Notes: a model not told the origin generated them from the letters alone. Shown: positions 26,901 through 40,800, counted from the first letter of the stretch. The stretch is 64,000 nt of DNA from Macrostomum hystrix (GCA_950097015.1 CATNEN010000038.1:24862001-24926000), one strand, 5' to 3'. A program made the numbers and translations.

Positions 26901-28508
26901 AAAAGTTTTCTGGCGCGTCTACTGAAGCAAGAATTTATTGCTGCCATGCACCTATCACTGCACCTGATTGGCTTTCAATGACCTGAATTGCACGAATTTT
27001 ACCACTTATAATTGAAAAATCGCGGGTGCCGTGTCACATAATGGCACAATGTTATTAATATAGGCCTTATGCTAGTAAAAAAATTGTGGGAAGATCAACT
27101 TTTCCGGACAAAAAGATTCGCGAAATTCTTTGGAGTATAATGTTAGAGCTGTGGATCGGCTTACAAAAACGCTTATCATTTTAAAGCGTTGCGTTAAAAA
27201 AGTAAAAATTTCCTATCTCCAACCATTCTTTGGTACTAAAACAGACGGGAAATATTGCTTTGGTGTTTTTACCATTAGCAGGAAGGTGTGTTGAAGACTA
27301 AAGCAAGTTATCTATAATGTCCCTCACCTCCAGATCCCGCTCCAGTGTAGCAATCCGAGTTAGTTGAGACTCCTTCCTAGACGTGAGTTCCTGCTGCCTC
27401 TCCAAGGCCATCTGCTCGGCCGACCGGCTCTGACTGACCATCTCAGCCAGAGCCGCACGCTCATCAGCCAGTCGTTCCTCCTGGGCCCGGATTCGCTGTG
27501 CCAGCTGAGCTGTCAGATCCGCCGATGTTCGCAGCGATGCCTCCAAGTACTGCCGCGCCTGGCGCTCTTCTCTGAGAGCCTCCTCGCCGCGACGCGACAC
27601 GGCGCGCACCTCGGCTTGCAGCCGGAGAACCTCGTCCAGTAGGCCGCGATTCGAGCGCTCGGCTAGGCCCAGCCGGGTCTCGAGGCCGCGGACTCGCTCG
27701 TCGGCTGCGACATCGGTGGCGCCAGCTGAGATTGACGCATTCAACGGCCTGGCGAGCGGCTCCAGCGACTCCGACTGACGACTGTCCGGGATGTCTGGCA
27801 GAGGGGGAAATCGGCTTGGAAACTGCTGCTGCTGCTGCTGCTGCTGCTGAAGTTGGCGCTGCTGCGATGGAGGCGACGGTGGCAGCTGAGACTGCGGCTG
27901 GGGGAAACTGGTAGGTTGAAGGAAAACGAAGTCCTTTTTTAGGTTTTAATTCGATATTATACATTTTTATCTAAGCTGTGCGAATGCATGGAATCAACAC
28001 AGCAAAACTAATGTCAATTATAGTGTAAAATAGGAAGCAATGACGGTGAGATCGGTTCCGTAGGACATTTAACTAAGTGTTACGACACATGCTCGTTAAT
28101 TAATTGGCAAAGTACAAAAGCAAGCGAACCATGCATGAATGTTCTCGTCTTATGAAGGTAAAAAATAATTTTCAACTGCTTCATAAAGGTGCAATCGTCA
28201 AAAGCTTAAAAGATAATTTTTTTTATATAATTAGTACGTATTTGGAAAGGATTTGAATCTTGACAGCATTCTATGCTAAATATTTCATTTATTGGTTTTA
28301 TCAAAACTCTGTGATTTCTAACACTTTAAAAGCGCTCGAGTTGTCACCAGTGACCAATAAGTACACGAATAATGGGTCATGTGATCTAAAGCGTAATTCC
28401 AGCGAGCGTGCTCGGAGAGTTGAGGCAGCAAACAAACCTGCGTCGTAGTGGCTGCTCAACAACTTGATAGTTGATAAAATGCTCAGTAGAGTTGCGCGCA
28501 CTATTCAT
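17933..28508 (-). CDS. CCDC154: Long coiled-coil protein, CCDC154-like (~803 aa, 10 exons)
   Basis: Phase-consistent minus-strand exons: 28508-28438, 27907-27328, 26819-26530, 25715-25376, 24559-24239, 20871-20731, 20152-20033, 19612-19442, 18656-18382, 18035-17933 (2412 nt). Heptad-rich throughout. LETRLGLAERSNRGLLDEVLRLQ, KTVLGMKIQSE and C-terminal MFVKP...VNKWSLYSAFKW resemble CCDC154. The exon structure is firmer than the symbol. Confidence 0.8.
19687..20003. mobile_element. Possible degenerate piggyBac-like MITE in an intron
   Basis: TTAA-CCC left end. Imperfect subterminal inverted repeats CCGGATGGCCA..CTGGCCATGG (19701-19727) and CTATGGCCAG..TGGCCATCCGG (19953-19979). Confidence 0.4.
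20904..23024. repeat. Intronic minisatellite, 33-bp unit TGTAGAAATCGAATGAAATACTTTTCAAAGAAC
   Basis: About 64 copies. Source of the MKYFSKNCRNR ORFs. Confidence 0.98.
23530..23660 (+). mobile_element. SINE family B 3' fragment
   Basis: GGAGTCATCGGATTGGGCAGAATTGCCTCCTCG..GTGCCATTGCCCGCAGCCCTCC matches the other family B copies. Confidence 0.7.
23735..24030 (+). mobile_element. tRNA-derived SINE family A (CORE-like)
   Basis: A-box TAGCCTAGTGG, B-box GGTTCGATTC, central CACTTAA..TGCTTCAGTTCACCCAGCTGT..AAATGGGTACC resembling the CORE domain, and a conserved GC-rich 3' stem. Confidence 0.87.
24640..25040 (+). mobile_element. SINE family A: degenerate 3' fragment (24640-24735) followed by a near full-length copy (24752-25040)
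   Basis: Homology to the 23735-24030 copy. Confidence 0.85.
25765..26030. repeat. Degenerate TGTCT(A/G)ACATGTTC-type tandem repeat
   Basis: Repeated TGTCTAACATG / TCTGACATG cores. Confidence 0.6.
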
Positions 28509-29814
28509 ACTTGACGTCGACTGCGATGAGAAAATCGAAAGAAAAAATGAAATGAAAAAAATTCGAAAAAATGAAGAGCTTTTCATTGATAATCGGGTTA
28601 AAAAATTAACTTTTTCGTGGGTTTCACAAGTCACGGGTCACCAGTCAAGTGTAGTAGGTGCATAGATATTTATGGAAAATCCTAAACGCATAGTGAAATT
28701 TTGAGGCAACATTGCCTATTTATAATAATAATACTGCATAGATATTTTCTAGAAATAGCATTCAAAAATACAAATACAGGATCGTTACAATGAGCAAGCA
28801 AAAATAAACGACACACACTTGCCAGTTGTATTCAAAAATCTAATACTAGCTTAAGATTTAAAGCAGTAAAGTCTAGGACTACTCCTAACTCTCCTTGTCA
28901 TCCTACCTTCTTGTAATCAGCTGAGATGACATCAGAAGGAATCAGAAGAAACTGGTGTTGAAAAATTAAAGGCACATGGTAACGGGAGCACAAAAAATGA
29001 ATAAAAGAGTAGAAACTGAATTGGTACTGATACAACGATCTGAATAACTTTATACTTAGAAACTGAAAACCAAACAGACTTTTTTGCTACAAATATGTGT
29101 TAGAGCATGTTTTAAGTGAATAAAACAATTAATTTATGTACGGTGTGTTTAGCATTGTTATATATAACTCATTTTCGTAGAATTTAAACTTTTACGAAAG
29201 CCTTTCTTTGAAACAAAGCATTGGTGTGTGTTTTTTAAAGATATTGGTTTACTTCATAAAATACGTGGCTTGAAGTTTAACTCTCGATTGCTTAATGAAG
29301 TTTTCGTGTTGAGCCGTTTTCCTTATAAAATGTGCATAAAATTATTGCAAATAGTATTGCATTTATTTTTCTATATTTGGCTTCTTGATGGTTTTCTTTT
29401 TTTTAGTTTTAACTTAGCAGTTATATAAACACATATACACAGTACGCACAAATTTAATAACCTAAAAAAGAATTTTGTATAGAATTAAAGTTCACGAAAG
29501 CTCTTGTTTTTTCCAGTAGTTGAAATTCATATATCTGAGGAGTAGACAGAAAGGAGTTGGAGTTAAAGTAACTGGACAATGCTGGCACCTAAAGTTTTTA
29601 GTCTAAACCCCAACCCCAAGTAAAACTTGCTGCACTAAATCAAAGTAAGAAGCAGCTTAAGGTCAGAAGCTGTTTTGATTCTAAATATGTCTCCTTGTTT
29701 TGCATTTTGAAATTGTGTTTCTTTAAAATGTCTTAGTAGGCCTAATTTTAGTAAATCAAGGCTATCCTATCGAATCATTCGTTTAATTATTTTTCCACTT
29801 CAATTCGTTTCTTA

Positions 29815-31128
29815 TACGAGGGTCACTCAGAAAGTCTTTGGCCTGAACAAGAAAACAGCAACATATGAAATAAAAAACCATTACAACTGCTCGAAGTACT
29901 CTCCCCCCGCATTGATACAGGCTTGTATCCTGTGGAACCAGCTGTCGAAGCACTGCCGCCAATCCTCATCCCGGAGCTCCCCGATGACGTCTTTGAACTC
30001 ATTCACAGCTTCTTCCGGCGAAGAAAAAATCTGGCCCTTAAATATCTCCTTGCACTTCGGGAATAAAAAAAAGTCGCACGGTGCCAGGTCTGGACTGTAC
30101 GCAGGGTGAGTCATCAGCTGGACACCACAGTCGGCCAGAAACTCGAGAGTTTGAGCTGCCGTGTGCGCACTGGCATTGTCGTGGTGCAGAAGCACCCCAC
30201 GCATTCCGCACCTTGGGCGCCTCTGGCTCACAGCAGAAAAAACTTTGGGCAGGCAAACCGTTGTGTACCAGTCAGCGGTGACTGTCCGGCGATCTTCCAG
30301 TGAAACGGAAGCCACATGTCCAGTGCGCATGAAGAAGCAGGCCACCATCTGCTTGCCGACACTCCGGTTGCGTCGAAACTTGGTTGGGCTGTCCTCGTCT
30401 CTGAAGGTCCACATGGATGACTGGCGCTTGTTTTCGGGGTCGTATTGATAAATCCAGGTCTCATCTCCCGTGAGGATGTCCCAGATACGCCGGCTGGTCC
30501 CAGATTCGAATTTCTGCAGCATAAATCGGCACCAAGCCACCCGGGTGTCCCTCTGCTCGTCCGACAGCTGATGGGGGATCCACCGGGAAGCCAGCTTCCG
30601 CACTCCGAGGTGTTCGTGCAGAATGGTGTGCACACTCCCCGATCCAATGCCCATCTCCTGCTGGATCTGCTGGTAGGTCACTCGCCGGTCAGCGTCAATC
30701 ATGCTGGACACAGCGCAGATATTTTCTGGGGTCACTGCGTCGCAGGGTCTCCCGGATCGATGCTCATCTTCGAGGCTTTCTCGACCTCGGCGAAACTCAG
30801 CGAACCAGTTTTTGACGGTTGCGTATGAAGGACACAGATGAGCGAAAACGTCTTGTAAAGTTTGAAATGAATCGGCCGGCGACTTGCCTTGCTTGAAATG
30901 CAAGTACATCATAGCTCTGAAGTCACGATTTTCCAGCTTCATTGTGCAATTGAACGGCGCAAGGGGTGAACTGACTTTGGCTCACTGCAGTGGACTCAAA
31001 AGTAACTGCTTCTGTTTGAAAATGTAGCTATAAGACTTTAAAAAGGTGGTCTTTACCATAGACAAATTTCATGCTTCTGCGTCTCGTGGATCATACTCAG
31101 GCTAAAGACTTTCTGAGTGACCCTCGTA
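29815..31128 (-). mobile_element. Full-length mariner DNA transposon (~1.31 kb)
   Basis: 32-bp TIRs TACGAGGGTCACTCAGAAAGTCTTT(G/A)GCCTGA with one mismatch, TA on both flanks, and a single intact ORF. Confidence 0.97.
29881..30942 (-). CDS. Mariner D,D34D transposase (353 aa)
   Basis: N-terminal HTH, RSGRP, WIPHQL, TGDETW, HHDNA and YSPDLAPCDF, with 34 residues between the 2nd and 3rd Asp. Confidence 0.97.
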   Translation of the reverse strand: MKLENRDFRAMMYLHFKQGKSPADSFQTLQDVFAHLCPSYATVKNWFAEFRRGRESLEDEHRSGRPCDAVTPENICAVSSMIDADRRVTYQQIQQEMGIGSGSVHTILHEHLGVRKLASRWIPHQLSDEQRDTRVAWCRFMLQKFESGTSRRIWDILTGDETWIYQYDPENKRQSSMWTFRDEDSPTKFRRNRSVGKQMVACFFMRTGHVASVSLEDRRTVTADWYTTVCLPKVFSAVSQRRPRCGMRGVLLHHDNASAHTAAQTLEFLADCGVQLMTHPAYSPDLAPCDFFLFPKCKEIFKGQIFSSPEEAVNEFKDVIGELRDEDWRQCFDSWFHRIQACINAGGEYFEQL

Positions 31129-34100
31129 TATCTGGAGAGTTAAAAAATGTGTAACACATGAACAAATTAACAGTTTAACACACATGGGAAGCAAAATAGT
31201 ATTTTATAGTTCACTTGCCACATCAAATCACAAAACAACACGAGCCACAACATGAGTCACAGACTTGATGTTAAACTGGGTATTAGTGGGCAACCCAGTA
31301 AAGGAAGTTGCCAAAAACATTTTGCCTGAACAGCCGTCCCCAGAGATATTTTTGTAGGTATGACTTAAACAGGCCATCAGATGTGCCGTGCATTTGCTGA
31401 AACATGGCTTTGCAGTGAGCTCACATGCTCTTGATTCAGTTAGTATGGAATTGAATTGAATTTAAACAGAAAAATAGTTAAACAAATGGTTCTATAGGAT
31501 AGCTATAAATCATCATGACAATCTTTACAAATTGTGGCTTAATTATTTTTAGTATTGATATAGTGACTAAGTGACATGACAAAATGCTTTTAACTGCATA
31601 GCTTTCTAATTAGCTAGTTTTGTATTGCCTTAAGTGACTCAAGTGTTAGATCTGTCATATAATAGTTGTCAAAAGGACCAAGACCAAGATGCATTTATTG
31701 CATTCTATCTATTTGAAAAATGGACCAAACTATTTCCAGTCAAAATACATACATGCATGTAAAACTTGGTCGATCCCATATTGCACTTGTGAGATAAGAA
31801 TATTGCAATGACACATTGATTGCCTCTATTATATTCCTTTTTCAATCTGCTATTTGTATTAAGAATAAGACAAGGCCCTTTGTATAGAGCATTTAGGCTA
31901 TAGGCCTAGGCAAAGTGACCACACTTCATATGAGTGTCTAAATAAGGTTGATCAAATGACCAGTAGTCTGTCTAGGTCTTTTACTTGGCTAGTTGACAAA
32001 TGAGCCAATGGCTAACAAAATCAATAAGACCCTAATTGACAATGGCAGTTGACAAAATGGCTAGCATCCCACAATAATTGCAGTATAGTATAAGAAAATT
32101 TAGTCCTTCTTTACTAGTAGTTAATTTGCTAGTAGTTTATATTTCACCCTGAAAATCTGAATGCAAAATAAGTATACTAGTTTAAGAGTTTTAATTTTAA
32201 GTTATTTATTTAAAATATTGTTTATTAAATCATTATTTGTATTGAGCAATGGTTTTATTTATAAAAAACTGTTGAAGCTAGCTAGCCAATACATTCTATT
32301 GATTGACAAATGTTTCTAATTAAAAATTACAAATTAGCAATCAGGCAAAAATAACTATGCAAATGTTAATAAAACTGCAAGAGAATAAAAAATCTGTTAG
32401 CTAAATATATATTACTGCTTTCTGTTTATTGATAATTTGCAGCCTTGCTCATATAGTTATTATTTAGATATTATAATATTTGTACAAAATAATAATTTAT
32501 AGTTAGTCAGTGACTAATAAGCTAATAAATAGTGCTAAGAGTTAGGTCAACTTTTTTTTGTTTATCCATAACTTTTAACAGTATGTATGGCTATGATGGG
32601 CAGTTCCAAATATTCTTAGAAATTATACTAAAGCTATGTGATGCCATGCTTACTATTCACATTTACCAAGGCAAATTAATATAGAAATGTAAAACTTATT
32701 GTTTGGAATCATTTTTCTATTTCTCACTGCTTAGGTATATAAATGGGTTACAAATTATCTCTGTTGATAAGTGACATATTGCTTTATTGTCCAGGTGCAC
32801 TCAATCTTAGCTCAGCAATGCAATTTGAAATCCTGTAAGTACATGATTTGACTAATTGCACAACCTTTAAAGGCCATGGTTTTATGGTTGCACTAGAGCT
32901 GTATTTAATATATATATATACATGGTATATAATTATTAAACCAAATGTTTTGTGACAAAATAAGCTATGTTTTTAGTATTGGGAGTCAGTGTAGTCAATT
33001 ATTTAAACTCTGGTCTGCTGGCTAGATTTTTGATATTCGCTTGTACAACAATTTGTAGCACACATTTTAACAGTATCCATGGAGATGGTTATCTAAAGAG
33101 TGCAATTTATCCTAGATTGATAAGCATTTTTTATTATGGCAAGGCAGCTGTTTTCGAATAGCAATAATTATTTTTTTCAGCTGGCATTGGCTTGCAACAA
33201 TACATTTCATCAGCTAATTCAAGCTCTGTTAGATGATGATGCCTTAGGTGTCATGCAACTTATTTCTGACATTCAGTCTTAATCATGTTCTGTTGCATAA
33301 AATGGCTTGCTCTGACTTTGCTAGCTACATTGCTGGAATGCACTCCTATTGGCAGAAATGCATTCCAATGTCTGGTGATTTCATAGAGAAGCTTCAGAAA
33401 ATATTTGAATAATAATCATGTTCCTTTCACTAGTTTCAGCTGATTTTTCAATCTAGTTAAATTTCAGTTTTATATTTTAAATGACTAGCAATAGTACTAG
33501 CTAGTTCTGGAGCTCCAAATGTATTGTTGTAGAGTATACCAAATAATATGAGCAAATTATTTTACAATCTAAAAAAAACTCGAAATTTTATTCTCTAGGC
33601 ATGAACATAGATATAGCTATATTTCTGTAAGACAGCTAGCATAAAGAGTGTAACATGTAGCTCAAAAGCAAAGTTTTCTTTTTCATTTTCTTTAGGCCAA
33701 TTTAAAAAAATCTAAATATAAAATGCCAAGTCTTGGTTTTGAAGTTTAGAATTGCGACCTCTAAGTTTTTATATTTCATATACAAGTCTAAGTTTAAGTC
33801 GAAGTACAAGTCTAAGTACATGTCTAAGTTTTATATTTCATGTACAAGTCTAAGTTTAAGTCTAAGTACAAGTATAAGTACATGTCTAAGTTTTATATTT
33901 CATGTCAAAATTTCATGTATATGTTTTTTAATGGAATTTCAAGAAACAATGACATATTGCGATTCGTCTACTGCTAGTAATATTCAGTGAGCTTTTATGC
34001 AATACATTAAAAGAATTTAGGAACCAAACATGTATTCTGTGTTATTTTTAGGACAGCCTCTCCAAAGCTATGCAAATCCTACTTTAAGTTTATTTAAGGT

Positions 34101-34812
34101 TTATTTATGGCTGGGGGTTTAAATCCAATTCACTGTTTAAACTTCCTTCTTGTTCATGCCGACTAGCTAGCAATCAAGTCTAACCTGTATTCCAGGTGGA
34201 CTAGACATAGCTCGAGGCCTAACTATAATTGTACTATAAACACAGGAAAGATGTACCCCTCTTCCTCCTCTAATCTGGCCTTATCCCAAGCGCCCCTAGC
34301 GATCCATCTAGCTAGGCAATCTTCCGTTTGCTTGCTTTTGGCTTCTTAGCTTAGCTTTAAGCCTATAACCTTATTGGATCGCAAATATTTATCAGTTCAG
34401 CTTGTACTCTTTCGATGCCTTATCTAGATTGTTTAGTGATAATAATAAAAAACTAATTTTATTAGCATTTTGTTAATTCTGGGATGCGGGGATCTTTGCG
34501 AAATTCGTTGTCAAGTTTACACAGCGTTTTGGGAGTACACTTGCCGACAAAAAGCTGCCTTTTCCACAATCCAATCCGAACGCAGTGTACAGTGCGCCCA
34601 ATGGTCTTGCTTTCCCCATTCTTGCTGTCCTCTCTTAATCTCTGTTTAAAAGTCAACCGTGACTTGACCCAAGCAAAGTGTCGAAAAAGTTTATAAAACG
34701 TTTATAATTATCTGACTATTTTATTTCAGCGTCTGTTTGCGAAAAAATAATGTGAAAAAAGGAAATTACTAATTAATTAACTTAGCGCGCTAAGTTGGCG
34801 CAGTCACTAAAA

Positions 34813-37800
34813 ATGCCAGGTCTGGTGCTGTTTAAACGGCGTTGGTCTATTGGATCGGATGATATTGTGGTGCCGGCTATAATGCTATTCTGCTGTCATC
34901 TGGTTCAGTAAGTCTATTTTCTGTGTCGAAGTCTACATAATAAAAGGATGTCTACAGAATATAGGGATATCTACAGAATATAGGGATATCTACAGAATAT
35001 AGGGATGTCTACAGAATATAGGGATGTCTACAGAATATAGGGATGTCTACAGAATATAGGGATGTCTACAGAATATAGGGATATCCACAGAATATAGGGA
35101 TGTCTACAGAATATAGGCCCGATGTCTACAGAATATAGGGATGTTTACAGAATATAGGGATGTCTACAGAATATAGGCCCGATGTCTACAGAATATAGGG
35201 ATGTTTACAGAATATAGGGATGTCTACAGAATATAGAGATGTCTACAGAATATAGAGATGTCTACAGAATATAGGGATGTTTACAGAATATAGGGATGTC
35301 TACAGAATATAGGGATGTCTACAGAATATAGGGATGTCTACAGAATATAGGGATGTCTACAGAATATAGGGATATCCACAGAATATAGGGATATCTACAG
35401 AATATAGGGATGTCTACAGAATATAGGGATGTCTACAGAATATAGGGATGTCTACAGAATATAGGGATGTCTACAGAATATAGGGATATCCACAGAATAT
35501 AGGGATGTCTACAGAATATAGGCCCGATGTCTACAGAATATAGGGATGTTTACAGAATATAGGGATGTCTACAGAATATAGGCCCGATGTCTACAGAATA
35601 TAGGGATGTTTACAGAATATAGGGATGTCTACAGAATATAGAGATGTCTACAGAATATAGAGATGTCTACAGAATATAGGGATGTTTACAGAATATAGGG
35701 ATGTCTACAGAATATAGGGATGTCTACAGAATAAAGGGATGTCTACAGAACATTGGGATGTCTACAGAATATAGGGATGTCTACAGAATATAGGGATGTC
35801 TACAGAATATAAGGATGTCTACAGAATATTACTGGCATGATTAGCATATCTAGAAAGGATAGGCATGTCTAGGGAGAACAGACGCATCTGGAGACAGAAG
35901 GAATGCCTACAATTTCTCAAACAGTTGCGCATACTAACCCAACGCGCACACAGATCAGCCATCATGCTTTCTGTACTACTGGTCTATCAACCGGGAGGTA
36001 CAACAGGTTCGGTATCACAGGATGGCAGTTTAAATAAATCTCTATTTTCGTACGGATCAGTTCTTCATCTACCCAGCACTAACTGGACCTATTATCTAGA
36101 CCGAGGCGTATTGGAAAGCGAATTTTACGACACGAAAAATAGCTGGTTGCGCATTGTAAACACTTGTCATTTCTCGGCGAAGATCTACACAATCATCTAT
36201 CTGGTACTGTTGCTGGCCTGTCTAATTGTGGAATTCGCCTGCGCCAGGTTTAGCCTGCGAGGAGGCATTCTGGCTGTTGAACGGCGTTGGCTTGTTCAGT
36301 ACCTGCTGTACGGCAGACTGGGTGAGTGGCCTCCATAACCTCACAGAATCTAATGTTCTTCTAGCAAATCCTTCCATTATCCCATATCCTTCCGTTATCC
36401 CATGTCCTTCCGTTATCCCATGTCCTTCCGTTATCCCATTTCCTTCTATTATCCCATGTCCTTCCATTATCTCATGTTCTTCTGGTATCCCATATCCTTC
36501 AATTATCCCATGTCAATCTGTTATCCCATATGCTTGCAGTATACCATCAGCTTCAAATATCTCATCAGCTACCATGATCCCATCATCTTCAAATATCCCA
36601 TCAGCTTCAAATATCCCATCAGCTTCCATTATCCCATCAGCTTCCATGATGCCATCAGCTTCCATGATCCTATCAGCTTCTATTATCCCATCAGCTTCCA
36701 TGATCCCATAAGCTTCAAATATCCCATAAGCTTCAAATATCCCATCAGCTTCCATTATCCCATCAGCTTCCATTATCCCATCAGCTTCCATTATCCCATC
36801 AGCTTCCATTATCCCGTCAGCTTACAGTATCCCATCAGCTTACAGTACCCCATTAGCTTACAGTATCCCATCAGCTTACAGTATCCCATCAGCTTACAGT
36901 ATCCCATTAGCTTGCAGTATCCCATCAGCTTCCATTATCCCATCAGCTTACAGTATCCCATCAGCTTCCATGATCCCATAAGCTTACAGTATCCCATCAG
37001 CTTACAGTATCCCATCAGCTTACAGTATCCCATCAGCTTCCATTATCCCATCAGCTTCAAATATCCCATCAGCTTCCATTATCCCATCAGCTTCAAATAT
37101 CCCATCAGCTTCAATTATCCCATTAGCTTACATTATCCCATCAGCTTCCATTATCCCATCAGCTTCCATTATCCCATCAGCTTCCATTATCCCATCAGCT
37201 TCAAATATCCCATCAGCTTCCATTATCCCATCAGCTTCCATTATCCCATCAGCTTCCATTATCCCATCAGCTTCCATTATCCCATCAGCTTCCATTATCC
37301 CAATAGCTTGCCGTATGCATATATTTCCTGTCCCCAATATTCAAGCTCTTTGCTCCAGCTTGTTCCTTGACTTATGTTGCAGAATATTTCTTTTAGTAAT
37401 TAAAATATTTTTCAGAATCAAAGACTAGAATATGGCAGGTTAAAAGTTAATGAGACGAGCGTATACGAGTACTATTATTTTCTGCTTTCGTATTAGCTAT
37501 ATCCCGAATCCCTGTTTGTCGTATTAGTTGACTCTAAGAACATTTTCTTTAGTCAAGTAGGTGGGGTAAAGTATATAGAGCATAGATCATGTGGAGTGCT
37601 CTGCAAATTCGTTGTTTTACTAGAGAATGACTGGCTTTTACAACTCAACTTGGGACGGATTTCTTGAGTAAATACCGTCGATCCAATGGGTTGTTAATCA
37701 TCCGGTTCTCTCCGTCTACAGCTCTTATAAGGTATGTGCACTCAATTTTTTTCTGTAAGTATAAATGTCGCGCATTATAAGTAAAAATCTGACTGCTCTA

Positions 37801-40800
37801 CATGGTTGATTAAGTTCCGGCTAATTTCTTCCGATTCTTCTGGAACAATTTGTGTCCTTTAGACACTTCGCTCTGCATTGCTTCAGTTCACCCGGCTGTC
37901 AAATGGGTACCAGCATCAGCTGGGGTAGTTAAGCGGAGGTTGGGTGTGGCGTCCCCCACCAGTCCATGGACTGAGCAGCCGTTCCCAGACTTCAGATGCG
38001 CCGCGCAATAGCTGAGGCTGTGTTATCGGCTGCACGTTTGGCCCAATTGGGGCAGGTGTAATCATTAAATAATTGTTAATATTATTATTAAACTGTCTAC
38101 ATTTCTCTAATATATGTCTTCTATAATACCATAATACCCTCTTATTATCATCTTTATTAAAATCGCAGGTTTATATGCTTGTCACAATTGTCAAATAATC
38201 ATTGATGATTTATGGTTTTGGCTCTTGATTCTTTGATTTATGACGTAAAATCTGTAGGTTTTTTATAAAAAATTTTCTTTTACTTTGTTTTTGACTTGTG
38301 TTTTTTAATTTTTCAATACATATCGGCTGGTATATTTTCTAATCGCATTTTTATGCAAAAAATTGCAGGCTTATTCTTACTGGAGATTATCTGGCTTATA
38401 TTTGGCGTCGTTGTCCTAGTTAAACTGCGCTTCTTTGTCGTCTGTCCCGGTAGATATTCGCCAATTAGAGTTATGACAGGTAATATAAAATACCTAATGC
38501 TGGAAAATGCTTGCTTCGATATATGTTGCTGCAGCATAATCTAGGTTTTTTTAACAGAAACTTTCCTTTCGGCTTCTGGTCAAACTGTGAAGCCGATTTA
38601 TTGTGCGTTGATGTAAGACGGGGAAAGGGTTTTCTGTAAGCGAGGCTAAAAGTGCATCGCCTTGAAGACTAGCTTTAGTTTATTCGATTGCAATTTTGGC
38701 TCCAAGAATATTGGCAGGTTCATGAAGTATGCTTCAAAACCGATAGGATAAATGTTTACCTGTGCAGTTTTAAATACCCATTAAAAGACCGTTTTTAGGC
38801 CGGGAAAACTTTTGTAAGGAATTATTTTATCGACCCGAAACATACAGCATGTAGACATAAAGTACAGATTTATACACCTGAAGGACAGTTTTACAGACCT
38901 GAAGTACAACTTTATACACCTGAAAGACACAGTATATATACCTGAAGTACAATTTTATACACCTGAAGGACACAGTATATAAACCTGAAGTACAGTTTTA
39001 CAGACCTGAAGGACAGTATATAAACCTGAAGTACAGTTTTACAGACATGAAGGACACAGTATATAAACCTGAAGGACACAGTATATAAACCTGAAGGACA
39101 CTATATAAACCTGAAGGACACAGTATATAAACCTGAAGGACACAGTATATAAACATGAAGGACACAGTATATAAACCTGAAAGACACAGTATATAAACCT
39201 GAAGGACACAGTATATAAACATGAAGGACACAGTATATAAACCTGAAGGACACAGTATATAAACCTGAAGGACACAGTATATAAACCTGAAGGACACAGT
39301 ATATAAACCTGAAGGACACAGTATATAAACCTGAAGTACAGTTCTACAGACATGAAGGACACAGTATATAAACCTGAAGGACACAGTATATAAACCTGAA
39401 GGACACAGTATATAAACCTGAAGGACACAGTATATAAACCTGAAGTACAGTTCTACAGACATGAAGGACACAGTATATAAACCTGAAGGACACAGTATAT
39501 AAACCTGAAGTACAGTTCTACAGACATGAAGGACACAGTATATAAACCTGAAGGACACAGTATATAAACCTGAAGTACAATTTTATACACCTGAAGGACA
39601 CTGTATATAAACCTGAAGTACAGTTCAGAGAAAGGTACTGCTGTGCAGAAAAATGGATTTATCGTTTATAGAAGAACTAAAGGTCAAGTTGAGAAACATT
39701 AGGGACTGTATAAATATACAAAACGCAGTTAAAGCTATGAGAAAACAACGTTTATGTCAAGTTTTAAAAAATGTGTTCTAAATTATATCTGCTAACTTCT
39801 GCGAAATATGGCCAAAAAACATCTATATTTTCCACTTAACCTCGTCTGAATTGTTTCAGTTGTAGTGGCTGTTAACTGGTCAGTGACTCTGCTAGTCCTG
39901 CTCACAGTTTGGTGTGTATTCGATCGGGCCGGCCGCAGCTGGGTTAAAACGCGACATTTTCAGCAGCAGGAGCAGCAAAGGAAGCAGCTGCTGAGTCGTC
40001 GTCGCGGCGCTGGCGGCGGCGGCAGCGGAGTCGATAAAAGGCGAACAGGCAGTAGTAGGAGGCGTAATTTGAAGCACAGGTTTGTGTTGGAAAATTTATC
40101 TGTTTGACACAATTAATTTTGTTCAACTCAAGGAATGTTAGACTCAAAGAATGTTAGACTCAAAGAATGTTAGACTCAAAGAATGTTAGACTCAAAGAAT
40201 GTTAGACTCAAAGAATGTTAGACTCAAAGGGTGTTAGACTCCAAGAATGTTAGACTCAAAGAATGTTAGACTCAAAGGGTGTTAGACTCAAAGAATGTTA
40301 GACTCAAAGGTTGTTAGACTCAAAGAATGTTAGACTCAAAGGTTGTTAGACTCAAAGAGTGTTAGACTCAAAGAATGTTAGACTCAAAGAATGTTACACT
40401 CAAAGGTTGTTAGACTCAAGGAGTGTTAGACTCAAAGAATGTTAGACTCAAAGAATGTTACACTCAAAGGTTGTTAGACTCAAAGAATGTTACACTCAAA
40501 GGGTGTTAGTCTCAAAGGGTGTTAGACTCAAAGAATGTTAGACTCAAAGGGTGTTAGACTCAAAGAATGTTACACTCAAAGGTTGTTAGACTCAAAGAGT
40601 GTTACACTCAAAGGTTGTTAGACTCAAAGAATGTTACACTCAAAGGTTGTTAGACTCAAAGAGTGTTACACTCAAAGGGTGTTAGACTCAAAGAATGTTA
40701 GACTCAAAGAATGTTACACTCAAAGGTTGTTAGACTCAAAGAGTGTTACACTCAAAGGGTGTTAGTCTCAAAGGGTGTTAGACTCAAAGAATGTTAGACT

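Noticed and set aside
29881-30942. SETMAR-like domesticated gene
   Set aside because: No SET domain or splice link to a host gene. Intact TIRs and TA flanks indicate a free transposon.
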